Shown: positions 22,636 to 36,510, counted from the first letter of the stretch. The stretch: DNA of 64,000 bases from Vicugna vicugna (GCA_013265495.1 MU058384.1:5328792-5392791), one strand, 5' to 3'. Translations and numbers: made by a program. The notes: generated by a model from the letters alone, not told the origin.

Positions 22636-24459
22636 ATGATCAGAGGCAGTGCTAACAAGCCCTTGAATCCATGCAGATGTAGGATGCACACCCACTTGCT
22701 AATTTAGAAAGGCTGAATAATGGCTGCAGTTAGCCAGGGCCAGAAACGTGGCAAACTCCTTTTGGCAGGTAGATTTTTTTTCCATTTTAACAGATATATT
22801 TGGAAATCTAGTCTAACATGTACTTACGTTTGGAAGAGAAACCATAAAATGGCTTTCCTACCATGATGAAGTTTTTGGAGATCAAGGAAGGTGGGTTCCC
22901 CTTCAGAATTAAGATATATAAACTAAACCAATATATTTCATGCTGTTCTCATCATGTGAAGTCAGAATTATCAACATTTCTGAAAATAGAATTTAAAGAA
23001 AAATCAAGACAAAAAAGTACAATCCAAAGTCCTTTACAACTGACTTGGCATTGAAATCATAGACAGAAAGCAAAGTGTCTCTGTCATTAAGTGGAATAAA
23101 AGTTGTTGGAAAAATTAATATGATAATAATACTTCTGTGAATGTCTGCAGAGAAAAAAAATAATCCAAACTTATTTACCCAACATAAATCAAATACATTT
23201 GTTCTCCCTTCCCCAGTTTTTGAGGTTACTGGTTTTGGGGTGTTCATTTTGCATAGTTTTATGGACATAAGATTGATGTAGCTTTCTGGTTAGATACAGG
23301 CTTATGGTCTTCTCTCTCTGTCTCTCTGTCTCTGGCTTTGTCTCTCTTTCTCTTTCTTGGTGTGGGTCACTTCACCTGAGCTACCCTAAGTCAGAACTTT
23401 TAATGTTTGCAAACACTAGATTTTAAATCCTTGTCTGAAACCAAATGAAGAGGCAGCAGTTTAAAAATACCTATTGATGGAATCTCTTTCCCTATGCAAT
23501 TCTAGCTCATCTATACTAGAGAGAGCAAGGCAAATTACTAAACAGTAGTATTTCATTCTTTCACTGAATCCTGTTTTATAATAGACGTGAATGTTCTAAT
23601 TCATGGCTTTCATTACTAGGTTTGTAGGCACTCGGTCCTTGTAATTGTTTAATAAAATTTAAAAGTGTAACATATTTTGCTATAAAAAATATCCCACATC
23701 CTTCTCCTGGCTGTTGAGTTATAAATCCTTAAGTCCGACCTGGACACTCTAGCTTTCAACATTCCTATATTACTGGTGAAAGAAAAGTAATGGAAACTCA
23801 AAAAGATAAAATGGCAGATGGCATATCAATGGCTGACCGGGGACACAGCACTTTACATAGAATAAGAGTTCAATACGTTTTGAATTAAGGGAAGAAAGGT
23901 TTGGATTTCGGTCCTATAGAGTGTGCAGTCAATTACACAGTTTAGTGAGACTCAAAGAGAAATCAACTTTCGAGGGAACTAAATCATTTCTGCAGAAAAG
24001 ACAGCAGTATTGTGTAACCATTGGTAGGCTTAATATTAATGCATTTCACCAATTTAAGAGCACTCTATTAATAAAACACTCTGCTCCAGGCAAGTGAGGG
24101 CTTACCAAATGAATATGACATAGGTATTTTCCTCAAGCTGTTAACACCAAAAGAGGGAGACAGACTTCTGAATATGTATCTGATGATAACAGCATAATCC
24201 ATGCTACAATCAAGGTCAAGTTGCTGGAGGGAGAGAAAAAATAATTCATCTTAAACTCATAAAAATTTTCCATTTCCAAAAACAAGATTCCTATCTAGTC
24301 CAGCATATGTAAAATTTTTTAATAAAGTACATTAAAAAATATGTTCTTTTAATGCAATTTTTACTGCTAAGAGAATATGGGAATTCTTTAAAGGCCAGTA
24401 AAACATCTGCAAGATGTGCAGAGGCTGACTTTTGTGGGTTATTGGCATAAAACAATTTT

Positions 24460-24990
24460 AAGCACACATGGGACATTTCTGGAAATCAACTGAATATATC
24501 TGGCCTTAAATATCTCAAAAATTTTTGAAAGATTGGTAACATACCTATCACATTTTCTTACTATAATGCAATAAATAGGTCATTGAAAATGTTCTATACA
24601 TTCAGAAAGTTTAAAACATACTTCTAAATCAGTCAAGGAAGAATTAAAAATTAGGAAATAAAATACTGTATGTAAAAACTTGCAGATGCAGTTAGACTGC
24701 AAGAGATTAATCTGTAGCCTTAAATGCTTGTATTAAGAAAGAAGAAATGCAAAAAACAAATGAGCTAAGCATCGAATTCAAGAAATCAGGGGGAAAAACA
24801 AACTCACTGAATAATTCAAAGAAAGGTAAAGAGACGGAAATTAATGAAACAGAAATCAAAAATACAAATGAGAATAAACAAAAGTTTGTTTTTAAAAGTG
24901 ATAAAAACAGCCATCTTCATCAGGATTAATCAAGAAAAAAAGAGAAAAGAGTGTTACTACACATGTAGCATTACAAGATTAGATAAATGA
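24460..24990 (+). mobile_element. Degraded L1 ORF2 internal fragment
   Basis: tagccttaaatgcttgtattaagaaagaagaa...aatgagctaagcatc..ttcaagaaa; K-rich ORF 24747-24929 is an L1 ORF2-like remnant. Confidence 0.8.
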
Positions 24991-24994
24991 GAGA

Positions 24995-25146
24995 AAATTA
25001 TATTCAATATCTTGTAATAACCTATAACAAAAAAGAATATGAAAAGGACTATATATATATATGCATAGCTGAAACACTATGCTGTACACCAGAAATTAAC
25101 ACAGCATTATAAACTGACTATACTTCAATCAATCAATCAATCAATC
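24995..25146 (+). mobile_element. Truncated L1 3' end with a (TCAA)n tail
   Basis: tattcaatatcttgtaataacctataa...gctgtacaccagaaattaacacagcattataaactgactatacttcaatcaatcaatc. Confidence 0.9.
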
Positions 25147-25184
25147 AGGTTTGGTAATAATTTCTAAAAAAAAAAAAACCTAGG

Positions 25185-25362
25185 ATTGTATGATTTGGGG
25201 CAAATTTCCTAATCTCCCCGTGCCTCAGTTTCCTCATCTGTAAAGTGGGTGAGGAAAATATGTCATTGGGTTGTCATGAGAGTTAAATAAGCAAATATAT
25301 ATGAAGCACTTAGGAAAATGCCTGACAGAGTGTGAGCACTCAGTGTAAATATTAGTTGCTAA
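25185..25362 (+). mobile_element. MIR SINE
   Basis: gtgcctcagtttcctcatctgtaaagtggg...gggttgtcatgagagttaaataag. Confidence 0.85.
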
Positions 25363-26059
25363 GGAAACTTTTTTTTTGGTACTAAAAAGTCCTCTTTATA
25401 TTTTTCCTTTCCCCCCTCAATTTTCTACAATATTTTACTTTCATTAAAAGAGCGATTTTACACACACACACACACACAGCTCACATACACCCCCACAAGG
25501 GCTCAAGCTCTTTGACATGAGCTGCCTCCCCCGCTTCCCTTGAAGGTTGGGTTGTGACAGAACATCGTGTCTGGGAACACTGCCCTCACCTGTCAGGGTA
25601 CCTCTATGCTGCTGCTTCTCCTAAGGCAGGACGGTTGAAACACTGCTCTGATGACACATTATCATGCCATAACAGTCCACTGTAAGCAGTGGTGACCCCA
25701 GAGGCAAAGGGAAGGCTCTTACTGATCATGTTGAAACAAAGATGCAGCCGAATCCCCTGTGGGATTTCCTAACCAAGGATGTGCAGACTCTGCACCTAAA
25801 GCCTGTGATTTAGTGGGCTAGAGGGCATTTGCAGATTTGTGATGGTGATGGGCACCTGGGTTGTGAACAGCTGCTTTATTCTGTTTCACTCAACCTTTCC
25901 CCACATCCTGACCCAGGCAGTCCTGGGCTGGTGGATTTTAATAGCATGCAGCACTTCCCAATGAATTTTAATTAATTTTCCAAATTGTTCAGGAAATATT
26001 CTAGATTAGAAAAAGGGGACCTGAAGGAGAAACTAAGAACATTCCTCATTCTCCAAAGT

Positions 26060-26700
26060 TTAAATTTCCATATTGGAAGCCAGTAATAAACACATAGGAT
26101 AATTACAGAGTACAATAAATGTTCTTAAAAGAGAAAACAAATGGGATGATATGACAGAGTATCAGAGAGGAGGCTTCACACAGGTGCCCAGGGACAGCTG
26201 TGCTGAGCAGGTGATGTTATAGTGGAGACTTTGAGATGAGAGGGAGCAGTTTATGTTCAGAATAGATGTGAATATTTTGCAGGCAGAAACAACAGCCTCT
26301 GCGTGGCAATAGGAAAGAACTGTGCATGTTCAAGGTCAGTATCCGGTGTGTCATGTGTAACAGGAGATGCTGGGGAGGTCAGTGCCTGGAGACTTGTCCA
26401 GGCCAAGGAGTTTGGGTGTTTTTCTAAGTGCAGGAGAAAACCACAGGCTTTTGAATGAGGTGTTGTGGACCTGACGTAGGAAACTGATGTTTTCGAAGGT
26501 TACACTGGCTTATGGGTGGAGATAGACTCATGGAAAATAACAGCAGAAGGAAGGTTTTAGGAGGCTAATGCGATAACCTAGGCGAGAGGTCATGACAGCT
26601 TGGACTTGGCAGGGAGCAGAGGAGATGGTGAGGGGTGAACCAAGTTGGCGTCTCTTTAGAGGTAGAAGGCAGCTAGGGTATTTGTGGCAGATTTGTGGCT
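26060..26700 (-). mobile_element. L2 LINE fragment
   Basis: ggccaaggagtttgggtgtttttctaagtgcagg...ttaggaggctaatgcgataacctaggcgagagg...ggacttggcagg. Confidence 0.75.
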
Positions 26701-27691
26701 CTGACTGGCTCTGTGGCAGATGGAAATCAGACCATTGGGTCAAAAGCCACTGCTATGTCTCTTTCCCATGAAGGTAAATGGCAAGAATGCTGACTAATCA
26801 CACAGGTCCAAAATCCAAGTTCTCATTTGTCCTTTTGGACCATGAGAATAGTTATGCTGTGGCTGTTGTAAATGCCTCACCGTCTCAAAAGGGTGAGATG
26901 CTGTTTCTGCTGAGGGATCAGTTTTCAGCTGCGGGACTCCATATTGTGGGTAACATTTAGGGCTCACATGACTACCCTCCTATGTTGGAGGTAGAATAAA
27001 TTTTAGGCTTCATCAGTCCCAAGAGGTCAGCTCCAGAGGCGGGGCAGGCCACACGTCTACGGGGCACCTAGTTCCTTGCTGTGCCAAGGAAGCCCTGAGG
27101 AGGCTGACCTCACCTGAAGCTTGGGCCCTCCCTCTAGATCCAGAGCTGACCTGCTTCTCCATGGTTCATTCTGAACCAAAGCCGATCTGAGTGCAGGTCA
27201 GAGTCCTCCCTTTCTCTACACTCTTACTCAACGAAAGTCTAGTCTTCATAAGTTCACCCCAACCCTGCTCAGCCCCTGGGCCAGCTCCAGAGAGTCTGAG
27301 ACTGCTCAGTGACAAGGGGAGTGCGGGAGACGGGGAAGGAGGGAGGGTAACGGGATAGCTGCTGTGGCAAAAGCAGAAGTGAAGTCAGCAAATGTCTTTT
27401 CCCATCTCCTCTCAGGAGGAAATGGCTGTCATATGGAGTATGTTTGTGTGACAGGACGGAACATTCCTGACCACACTGCTTAAAGAAAATATAAATAAGC
27501 CAGTCCGTAGGCTAAATGAAACACTGCTTGCCCTCAGCATTAGGAAAGATAGTTTTATTTTGTGTGCATGTTAGCTACAGGTTATGAGGGTGCTCCCAAG
27601 AGTAGGATCCAAATCCTCCATCTCATCCACAAAACAAACAAACAAATAAACAAACGAAAAGTTTTTATAAAGGACTTGGGCTTTTATTCTT

Positions 27692-27969
27692 TTTTAAAAA
27701 TTAATTCTTATTTGTAGTCAATTTAGTTTCAGGTGTACAGCAAACTGATTCAGTTATACATATACATACATATATATATGTATTTTTTTCAGATTCTTTT
27801 CCATTACAGCTCATTACAAGAAGTTGAATATAGTTCCCTATGCTGTACAGTAGGTCCTTATTTTATTGTTCACCTATTTTATATATAGTAATGTGTATCA
27901 GTTAATCCCAAACTCCTAATCTATCCCTCCCCTCTCCTTTCTCCTCTGGTAACCACGCTTGTTTTCTAT
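27692..27969 (-). mobile_element. Truncated L1 3' end, antisense
   Basis: tttcaggtgtacagcaaactgattcagttata...gaatatagttccctatgctgtacagtaggtcc; ~15-bp TSD tgggcttttattctt / tggacctttattctt. Confidence 0.9.
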
Positions 27970-29369
27970 TGGACCTTTATTCTTATGCACTGTGTGAGGG
28001 GTCAGGAGTAAATTTAGAATCAATTTCAAGACGTGAGAGCTGTAACCATATATTTTACAGCTTAAAAGTATCAAATGGTAATGGGGCTATAAATGCGAGT
28101 GAGAGAGGTAAATACTGTGTCAAGAATTTACTTAGGTTCTCTTGAAAAGCAAGTTTCAAAACAACACATCAAGTCTGGCCGTTTAATTAAAAACTAAAAA
28201 ATGTTGGTGTTTCACTGAATCTAAGAAGCTATCAAATGTAAGACAGTCTAATGTTGGAAATGTTAATATGTGAAAACATATAATGTTTAAAAATCAATAC
28301 AAAAATTTAAAAAGGCTTTTTGTAGTTGCTTTTACATAAATGTTTTTAAATGTGTAGAGTGTCAGAACAATATACCGTAAAATGTAAACAGAGAAATATT
28401 CCACTTCAAAATGTTAAAAAAAAATCTCTGGGGGAGGGTAGTAGAATGGGGTAAAGGACGCTATATGTCTTTATTCTACATGCTCTTACATTATTTGAGG
28501 TTGTAAATTATAAATAAGCATGTATGGAGATAATGTGTGTGTGCGCGTAAATGACACTGGTTCTTATGGGTGAAGCTACATGTAAATTTGTTAGTCAAAA
28601 AATGTTTGTGGATGGCCCGAATAAGCTAATAGATCCTGATTTTATTCAGCATGGCTAACACTCACATATTTCAGAGAAGTCCAAAGACATTTTCTGTTTG
28701 TGCTTCAACTGCACATTCCTACCTGCTGTGAAATAAACCCAACCTTCCTGCAGGGTCTGTTGATTCAGCTTTGCCATCTGGAGCAATCTAGCATTAACAG
28801 GGATGGGATAATGCTGCTTTGGTCAGGGGCTCTGCTGGGAGCTGTTTGTGGTAGATGGTGTTAATTACATTCTTTCCATAGAATAGCAGGACTCTAAGTG
28901 TGGAGCTGGGTGGAAACGGCTGAGCACATGTGGCAGCCAAGATTCAGGATATAGGTAATTCCCTTGGACTTCATCTGTTCTCTCCCATGGGAGAGGGGAG
29001 ACTCTAGAATCAGGTCAGAAGGTGGAAGGTTTGTGGGTAAGAGAGAACACCAGTCAGGCACGGCTGTAAAGTCCAGGAAGTGGCTGCCTCGTTATTCACG
29101 AGTTCTGTTGCTTTTGAGAACATTCTGTACCATGTGCACTGTTGCTTAGTACAAATTCCAAAGCCATTTTTTTAAAATTATCGTTTAGAATCTCATTTTC
29201 AGAGTAGGTAGATAAATAAGCTGATAGTTAAACATTTGTAAACCAATACATTCCAACAAAAGCCACCTATTGACCATGGGGCCAAAGGACATCACGGTCC
29301 TTTAGAATTGATGCAGAGAGCAGTCTTCTCAGGTCTACTGGAAAAGAATATTCATTTCTTCCTTTGTTC

Positions 29370-29700
29370 AAGAAATGAATGAATTGAACTGAATGCCTTC
29401 AGTGTGCCAGGCTCTGTGTCAGAAATACACACTGAGGAAAGCAGACGGGGACGCTCCTGCCCTTGTACAGTTGACTTTCTGCTGCAGTTGACAGCTAATA
29501 AACAAATAAGAAAGAAATAAGTACAGTTGGTGACAATGCCATGAAGGTCAGGAACAGGGTGCAATGGCAGAGAGTAAGTGGGAGTGAGAATGAATGAAGG
29601 GTTCTTCATACTGTTTAGGGGGCAAATGAGGCCTTTCTGGGAAAGCATCACTGGAACTTAATGCCAAAGCCTGCAAAGATAGCAGTAGAAGCTTCAAGAA
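29370..29700 (-). mobile_element. L2 3' end fragment
   Basis: actgaatgccttcagtgtgccaggctctgtg...ctcctgcccttgtacagttgac. Confidence 0.65.
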
Positions 29701-29925
29701 GAACCCTTCCCTGAGCATCAGGAGACCTGGGTCTAGGTGGGCAATATTTTCCTCAAGGAGCTGCCCTGCAGTGAATCTAAATAATTATGAATCAGTTAAC
29801 TGAAGAACTTTTATGAGAAAGGACATTGTAAACTATAAGGAATTTTATAATATTGCCCCCATTGGATCCTTATAATAACTCTTCTAAGTAGGTCAGATAA
29901 GGATTAAAATTAGTTGAATGCTTGG

Positions 29926-30097
29926 CAAGTCCAGCTACATAATTTGTGGTGCCCGATGCTAAATAAAAAAGCAGAACACCTTGTTCTAAATGATTAAGAA
30001 TTTCAAGGCATCCACTGCAGAGCATTAAACCATGAAACTTCTGAGCAAGGGGCCCTGTGGGACTGAAGAGGTTGCCAACTTGTGAAGGCCAGCGCTG
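29926..30097 (-). mobile_element. MER45A-like hAT-Tip100 non-autonomous DNA transposon
   Basis: ccagctacataatttgtgg.gccc...ttaagaatttcaagg...cagagcattaaacca...ggggccctgtg...gccagcgctg matches my recollection of the MER45A layout in reverse. Confidence 0.8.
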
Positions 30098-30499
30098 CAC
30101 ACTGTGCTGTCGTCAGATTTAGTGGTGAAGGGCAGGGGAGGGGGTCATTTTTTGCTACATTCTATCCAGGGTCTATATTTTTGCAAATACTAAATTATCA
30201 AATACTAGTTTTTATTAATACAACCATACCATGAGCTTATTCTGGGAAATCTGGTCTATTTCTTCTTTTGTGGTTTTCTATCCTCCTTTTTCAATAATTT
30301 AAAAATCTGAGAGAGTGCTTAGAGGGCCAATATCTTTTCCAAAAACGTGTAGCAGTTGAGTTGTTTGGAAGCAAGTAGTTGCAAGTTGATGCACTTTGTC
30401 TTGAGGAAAATGATGTCTGTGCAGCAAAGAGAACTTTGTTTGAAATAAGAATAACCGAATGTGAGTCCTGGCTCTGCCATTAATATTTATGTGATATTG

Positions 30500-30890
30500 T
30501 ATGTGGAATCCTAAAAAAAGAAAATGATACAAATTCTATTTACAAAGCAAAAGCAGTCTCATGAACACAGGAAAGAAACTAAGGTTACCAAAGAGGAAAG
30601 GGGAGGGGAGGGATAAATTAGGAGTTTGGGATTAACAGATACACACTACTATATAAAAAATAGATAAAAAAACAAGGACCTACTGTAACACACAGGAAAC
30701 TGTATTCAATTTCTTATAATAACCTAGAATGGAAAAGAATCTGAAAAGAAAATGTATAGATATGTATGTATATGTATAACTGAATTGCTTTGATGTACAC
30801 CTGAAACTAACATAAAACAACTACTCTTCAATAAAAAATTAGAATTAAAATACTACTAATGATTAATTTTTTTAAAAAAGCAAAAAAAAA
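30500..30890 (+). mobile_element. L1 3' UTR (cetartiodactyl type)
   Basis: tatgtggaatc.taaaaa...gggataaattaggagtttgggattaacagatacacactactatat...acaaggacctactgta followed by an A-rich tail. Confidence 0.9.
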
Positions 30891-31169
30891 AGAGTCAATG
30901 AGACCATGGCTTCTGGTCTGCAATACATGCCTTGTATAGAAAATGATCCTTGGTGGTTTCTTGTCTGAAGGCCAGGAAAGGCTTGCATGAATTGTTAATG
31001 GGAGCTGTCATTTCTGATTGGAGGTATATGTTTCTTGCTGGTTATTAAATATTTTGAACATTACTCTTGTACAGTAGATGTACAAAAGATTGTACTGATT
31101 TTCAAAAGAATGGCAAGTTTATGATTTTATTTAGTGTGTTAATGTCATCTCATTGAGAAGACATGCAAT

Positions 31170-31735
31170 TTTTAAAAGTTGAAGTCAAATTCACATAACA
31201 TAAAGTCAACTATTTTAAAGTGAACAATCCAGTGGCAGTTAGGACATTCACAGTTTGCCCAACAATCATCTTTATCTAGTTCCCATGCATTTTCATCATC
31301 TGAAAAGGAAACCTGATGCCCATTAAGCAGTCACTCCTCCATTTCTCCTTCCCCTCAACCCCTGGCTACCATTAATATGCTTTTTGTTTCTGTGGATTGA
31401 CCTGTTCTGGATGTTTAGTTTAAAAGGAGTCATACAGTATGTGACCTTTTGTGTCTGGCTTCTTGCACTTAACATATGTTTTCAAGGTTCACCATGTCGT
31501 AGCCTGTATCAGGACTCATTTCTTTTTATGACTGAATAACATTCACTCTACATACATGCCACAATTTGTTTATCCATTTATCTGCTGATGGACGTTGGGT
31601 TTTTTCCATCTTTTGACTATTGGGAATAGTCCTTCTATGAACATGCAAATATATGTATTTATTTCAATACCTGTTTTCAGTTCTTTTGGGTGAAATTTTC
31701 TAGGTCATATTCTGCATTTAACTTTTTGAGCAACA
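31170..31735 (-). mobile_element. L1MB-like 3' end, antisense
   Basis: aattcacataacataaa...ttaaagtgaacaatccagtggca...cccattaagcagtcactcc...tgtgaccttttgtgtctggcttctt. Confidence 0.85.
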
Positions 31736-32834
31736 AGTCTTGTAATCTTAAGTCAAATAGGTAATCAAATTGACTATTTTATTATAAAATAATAGCAAGA
31801 AAATACTTCCATTCTTTTTCTTGCTTTGCTATCCCAATTACTAGTTCTTGAACTGCTGTGACTATGAGACTGACTCACCAAAATCAACGACCTGGACTCC
31901 AGAGCCGCTGCTTTTGACCGAGAGACCTCCCAGCTGAGAGCTTGGATTAATAAGAATGTGTTAGATATCAATGCTAGAACATTTGAGCCAAACTGCATTT
32001 CATGTCTCCATCTTCTACTGTCTTTTATGTGAGCCTGTTTCTTTTAACAACCTCTGAGTCAGTCTAGTGAAGGGAACTATTAGCCAAGGTTAATTATCAT
32101 CACTGAAATGTGAGTAAATGAAAAAAAGTGAGTCATGCATGAAGGCGATTTTATGACGGCTGTGAGGGGAAGATAAATCAAATGTACAAATCTAAATGAC
32201 AGGGAACATTTGAGAGGCTGAATCATACGTCTAAGTGGATATATATTTTATAGCATTTGCCTGTAGATCCTTAAGACGATTGTTCCAAGGCTGTGGTCAG
32301 ACTGTTCTCTTCCTGGAGACCCAGAGGTGACCTCTCCAAACCCATCAAGTGAATTCCAGGACACTTCAAATGGGGCCACACATATTGGAGAAAAAGAAAA
32401 AAGAAAGGAAAGGAAGAGAGCAGCAAAGTCACATTTCTTTAGAGTTTCACCAAGAGCTAGCTCTCATCCTGTAGTTGGCTATTTTCCTTACAATTCATCC
32501 ATTTTAACAAATCTTAGGTAGCAACCTAAGAAGAGCAGCATACAGGGAGCACTTGAGAATGAGATGACTGAAGAGAAAGGACGATGTTTCTCCAGCCCCA
32601 TCACCACCAACCTGTGTTTATCACAGATGTGTTCTTGCTGTCTAAGCCTAGATGCCCTTATGCCTTTGTCACCTGCTTGTTTCTTCATTTACTTAGTTAA
32701 TAATTTGATTTCTAAGTCTGCCCACAGGCACTATTTTAAAGGTTCTCTGGAATACAGGCATGAATCAGAATGGACTCTGTTCTCAGTAATCTTGCAGATA
32801 GGAGAAAAGGTTGCGTGTGGATGCCTGTGGCCTT

Positions 32835-33055
32835 AACATGGTAAAAGGGGTGGAGGATGGGGTTAGAGCATGGACTCTGGGCCAAGCCCGCCTTGATTTG
32901 AATCTGCTCCACCTTGGCAGAGTGATCTCTTACCTCTGTCCCTTAGGTCCTCATCTATAAAATGAGGGTAATGCTAGTATGTTTCACTAGCTTGTTTTAG
33001 AACACTGTTGACACTAGGTAAGCACTACAAACAAATAAGTGACAAATATGCTAAG
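32835..33055 (+). mobile_element. MIR SINE
   Basis: ggttagagcatggactctgggcc...cctcatctataaaatgagggtaat...ggtaagcactac. Confidence 0.75.
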
Positions 33056-33619
33056 GAAAAAATGACTGGCGTGCCCTGGGATCCGGAGGCAGATGTGTAC
33101 TGGGAGACTCGGAAGGCTCAGGGCAGAGACGGAATTTGATCTAGGCCACGAAGGCTCAGCTGAACTCTCCGTCCAGTGTTCTTTGTTCACCTGTTCTCCT
33201 GAGTCAGTGCTCCCAGCATTGGCCCAGCAGAACTTTGCCCAGATTTCTCTGTGCTTGTCTATCAGCCTGTGACCTGGCTCCTTACACGTGCTTTCTGAGG
33301 ACACTGAGAAAATACATTATTTCTTCTATAATGGTTAGTTATTTGTCCTTCAAATAGTCAAACCACTATGTGCTTGACCTTGAGTTAGTCACTTCACCCC
33401 TCTGAGACTTGGTTTACCCATTTGGAGTAGATAAGGTCTAGACTCAGGAAGCACTGTGGCTTTTTAAAAAATGAACTCTAAACTATTATGATTATTAACA
33501 ATAGTGTTGTGAGTTTTAGCCTGGTACATCATTCACACTATTTATAAACAGTTGGTTACAAATCATGTAAGACTTGGGCCTCAACTTTAGTGACTAATTT
33601 CTCTCTGAAGTTTTAAATT

Positions 33620-33790
33620 TTATTTTATTTTTTATTTTTTTAAACATTTTTAATTGAGTTATAATCATTTTACAATGTTGTGTCAAATTTCAGTGAAGAG
33701 CACAATTTTTCAGTTATACATGAACATATACATATTCATCCTCACATTTTTTTTTTCCTGTGAGCTACCATGAGATCTTGTATATATTTC
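33620..33790 (-). mobile_element. Young truncated L1 3' end with a perfect TSD
   Basis: 15-bp TSD ctgaagttttaaatt at 33605-33619 and 33791-33805; T-rich tail followed by tacaatgttgtgtcaaatttcagtg. Confidence 0.92.
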
Positions 33791-34521
33791 CTGAAGTTTT
33801 AAATTGTAGACTCCTGAAAGGAGCTTTCCAAAACCACAAGATTGTCAAAAATTCTGCTTGACCAACAAAGTTTACAATGTTTATAGCCATAATTACAAAT
33901 TCCATCCTTATCCACCCCACCCCTCTGTCTGTCTGCTTTCCTTCATTTTACCTAGTTAAGGACAAACAACTAGTTTACCACTGCAATAAAGTCAGAGTTC
34001 TTCCTACAAATACAGAAATCTCTAAAAGGAATTTTTTTTGAGATTTGTGACCTAATTTTAATTAGATCCACTACCTAATTTCACTCTGCTTTGTTGTACG
34101 CATACTTGTTGTGGATCCATATACTGTATAGCCCAAGGAAAAATAGAACTTTTGTTTGTTTTCTATGGGCTAGAATCATTGATGCATTTCTGGAGTATCA
34201 TGATTTGCTATAGTCAGGATATAAGACACACTCTGTAGATAACAGAATTCACTGGTCCTAATTAAGAGAAAGGAACTTAATTCAAGGAATGGGAAGTCAG
34301 AAGCAGGTTCTAGTCTGAATTTTCAGGAGCCACCACTGAATTGCCCTACCTAGGTAGCTGCTGCCTTTAAGAGAAGGAAGGGAATAAAAAAAAACTGACA
34401 CTGTAACTGCTAGCTCTGGGAATACTCCACTCAGCTGTACTTGCATCGTCAAAGTGGGTGCATTGCTCTCCCCATTCCCTGCCTCTCAACCTCACAAAAC
34501 TCAGGACCAGACATTGGGAGC

Positions 34522-34975
34522 TGTACTATGTTTCTAGGGCTGCTACAACAAAGTACCATGAACTGTGTGGCTTGACCAACAGAAATTCATTGTCTCACAG
34601 TTCTGCAGGCTAGAAATCTGAGAGCAAGGTGTCTGTAGGTCTGGGTCCTCCTGAGGGAAAATTTGTTCCATGTCTCTCTCCTAACTTCTGGTAATTTGCC
34701 AGCAATCTTTGGCATTCCTTGGCTTGTAGGCACATCACTCTGACCTCTACTTTTATGCTGTTCACATGCTGTTCTCCTTGTATGTGTGTCTGTCTCTGTG
34801 TCCAAATTTCCCCCTCTTATAAGGATACTAATTATATTGGATTTGGACCCACCCTAATGACCTCATCTTAACTTGATTATCTGAAAAGACTCTATTTTTT
34901 CATAAGAAACAGAGTACATAGGCACAGGGGGTTAGGATTTCAACATTTTTCAGGAACACAATTCAACCCATAACA
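34522..34975 (-). mobile_element. MaLR solo LTR (MLT1C-like)
   Basis: tgtactatgtttctagggctgct...gtctcacagttctgcaggctagaa...ttggatttggacccaccctaatgacctcatcttaac...caattcaacccataaca. Confidence 0.9.
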
Positions 34976-35599
34976 AGGCCTTTGCAACAATTGCTGCAGA
35001 AAAGACAAGAAAACCAAATGCCGCCACTGCAATAATGCAATCAGAAATAGCAGGGGTGGTAGAATGGTCTCGACATTGCGAGGTTCATCTTTGTCTTTCA
35101 AATCCTGCCTGGTTAGGTCTGCTTGGTGGAAGCTAGGCTTTGGAAGGAGCTAGAGCTACAAGGAAATCTGGCAAGTGACAAAAGACCTTTAGCTCTTCAG
35201 CCTCTGGGATGCTAAGGGGGCAGGGGTGGAGACGGATGGGCTACAATGGAGCTGTATTATCTTCCACTTAGGGAAGTGGAGACCTGAAGGAGATGTATGA
35301 GGTAATGAGTGATGGATTCAAACAATGGCATCATTAGTTGGTAGTGAATTACTGCTTTCGGTCCCAGGACACGATTTATTAAATCTTCTTTTCAACCGAT
35401 ATGAGCTATTTATTTGTGAACTAGGAATTGTAAGTATTTAAAAAAGCAAGTGATTTATTTTCTTCTTGCCAACAGGATTATATTTTGGCCCAATATCTTT
35501 GAAACCTGTCAGAGCCTAGAGGGAATGTAGTAGATAAGTAAAAAGGGAAGAAAAGGAATAAAGGAGAACCTTGACATATGCTGGACTGGTTAATAGTGT

Positions 35600-35900
35600 C
35601 TCCCCACCTGGCTTCTCAGTTAGAAATCTTAGGAACATCTTCATGCTTCCCTTGCTCTCACTTCCTTGCTCAATTTTTTCATTGCCAAATCCTAGAAATT
35701 TTGCCTTGAAATGAATCTCAAACTGGCCCACCTCACCTCATTCCTATGGCCACTGTCTGAATTTAGTCCCTTACCACCTCCAGACATTTGTCATAACCCA
35801 GTATTCCCACCTCTAGATTCTTTCCCATTCCTTCTTTCATGCTGTTGTCAGTTATTCTTCCTAAAAAACAAATCTGGCTACGTCCAACCCACTTTCCAAG
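35600..35900 (+). mobile_element. L2 fragment
   Basis: cagttagaaatcttaggaacatcttcatgc...ttgccaaatcctagaaattttgcctt...ttcctaaaaaacaaatctgg. Confidence 0.6.
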
Positions 35901-36004
35901 TCACTGCTGTCCTAATTATTGTCATTCATAACCACTGCAGAAGCAAACATTTGTTCTTTTGATTTCAGAATAGTCTCAAACTTTTCCCTGGGCTCCTATT
36001 ACAC

Positions 36005-36138
36005 TTTTTTTCAATTGAAGTATAGTCGATTGACAATGTTGTATCAATTTCTGGTGTACAGCATAGTGATTCAGTTATATATATATGCATATACATGTAT
36101 TTCTTTTCATATTCTTTTTCATTATAGGCTATTACAAG
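36005..36138 (-). mobile_element. Truncated L1 3' end, antisense
   Basis: ttttttcaattgaagtatagtcgattgacaatgttgtatcaatttctggtgtacagcatagtgattcag. Confidence 0.9.
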
Positions 36139-36242
36139 TTTACATTTTCAACCGCTTGATAGCTCCCCTTGGATATCCGAGGGGTATCTCAAGCCCTGAA
36201 GTGACATGCTGCAAGCTGAATTGTCATCTACTAATCTCCTCT

Positions 36243-36510
36243 CTGGAGGTCAGGGTGCCAGCACGGTGGAGCTCTGGTGAAGATCCTCTTCCGGTTTGCA
36301 GTCTGCCGACTTCTCACTGTGTCCTCCCCTGGTGGAAGGGGCTAGGGATCTCCGTGGAGTCTGTTTTATAAGAGCACTAATCTCACTCGTGAAAGCTGCA
36401 CCCTCGTGACGTCGTCACTTCCCAGAGGCCCCATCTCCTAATACCATCGAATTGGTTATAAAATTTCCCTGTGTGAGTTTCGGGGGAACACAAACACTCA
36501 GACCATAGCA
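36243..36510 (-). mobile_element. MaLR LTR fragment (MLT1A-like)
   Basis: gtgccagcacgg...ctctggtgaagatcctcttccggtttgcag...ttataagagcactaatctc...gccccatctcctaataccatc...cactcagaccatagca. Confidence 0.88.

Noticed and set aside
31880..31934. Minus-strand mini-exon reading LGGLSVKSSGSGVQVVDF(G), resembling a kinase DFG motif
   Set aside because: The sequence resembles the 5' end of MIR (aagcagcggctctggagtc) and no other kinase exons are present.
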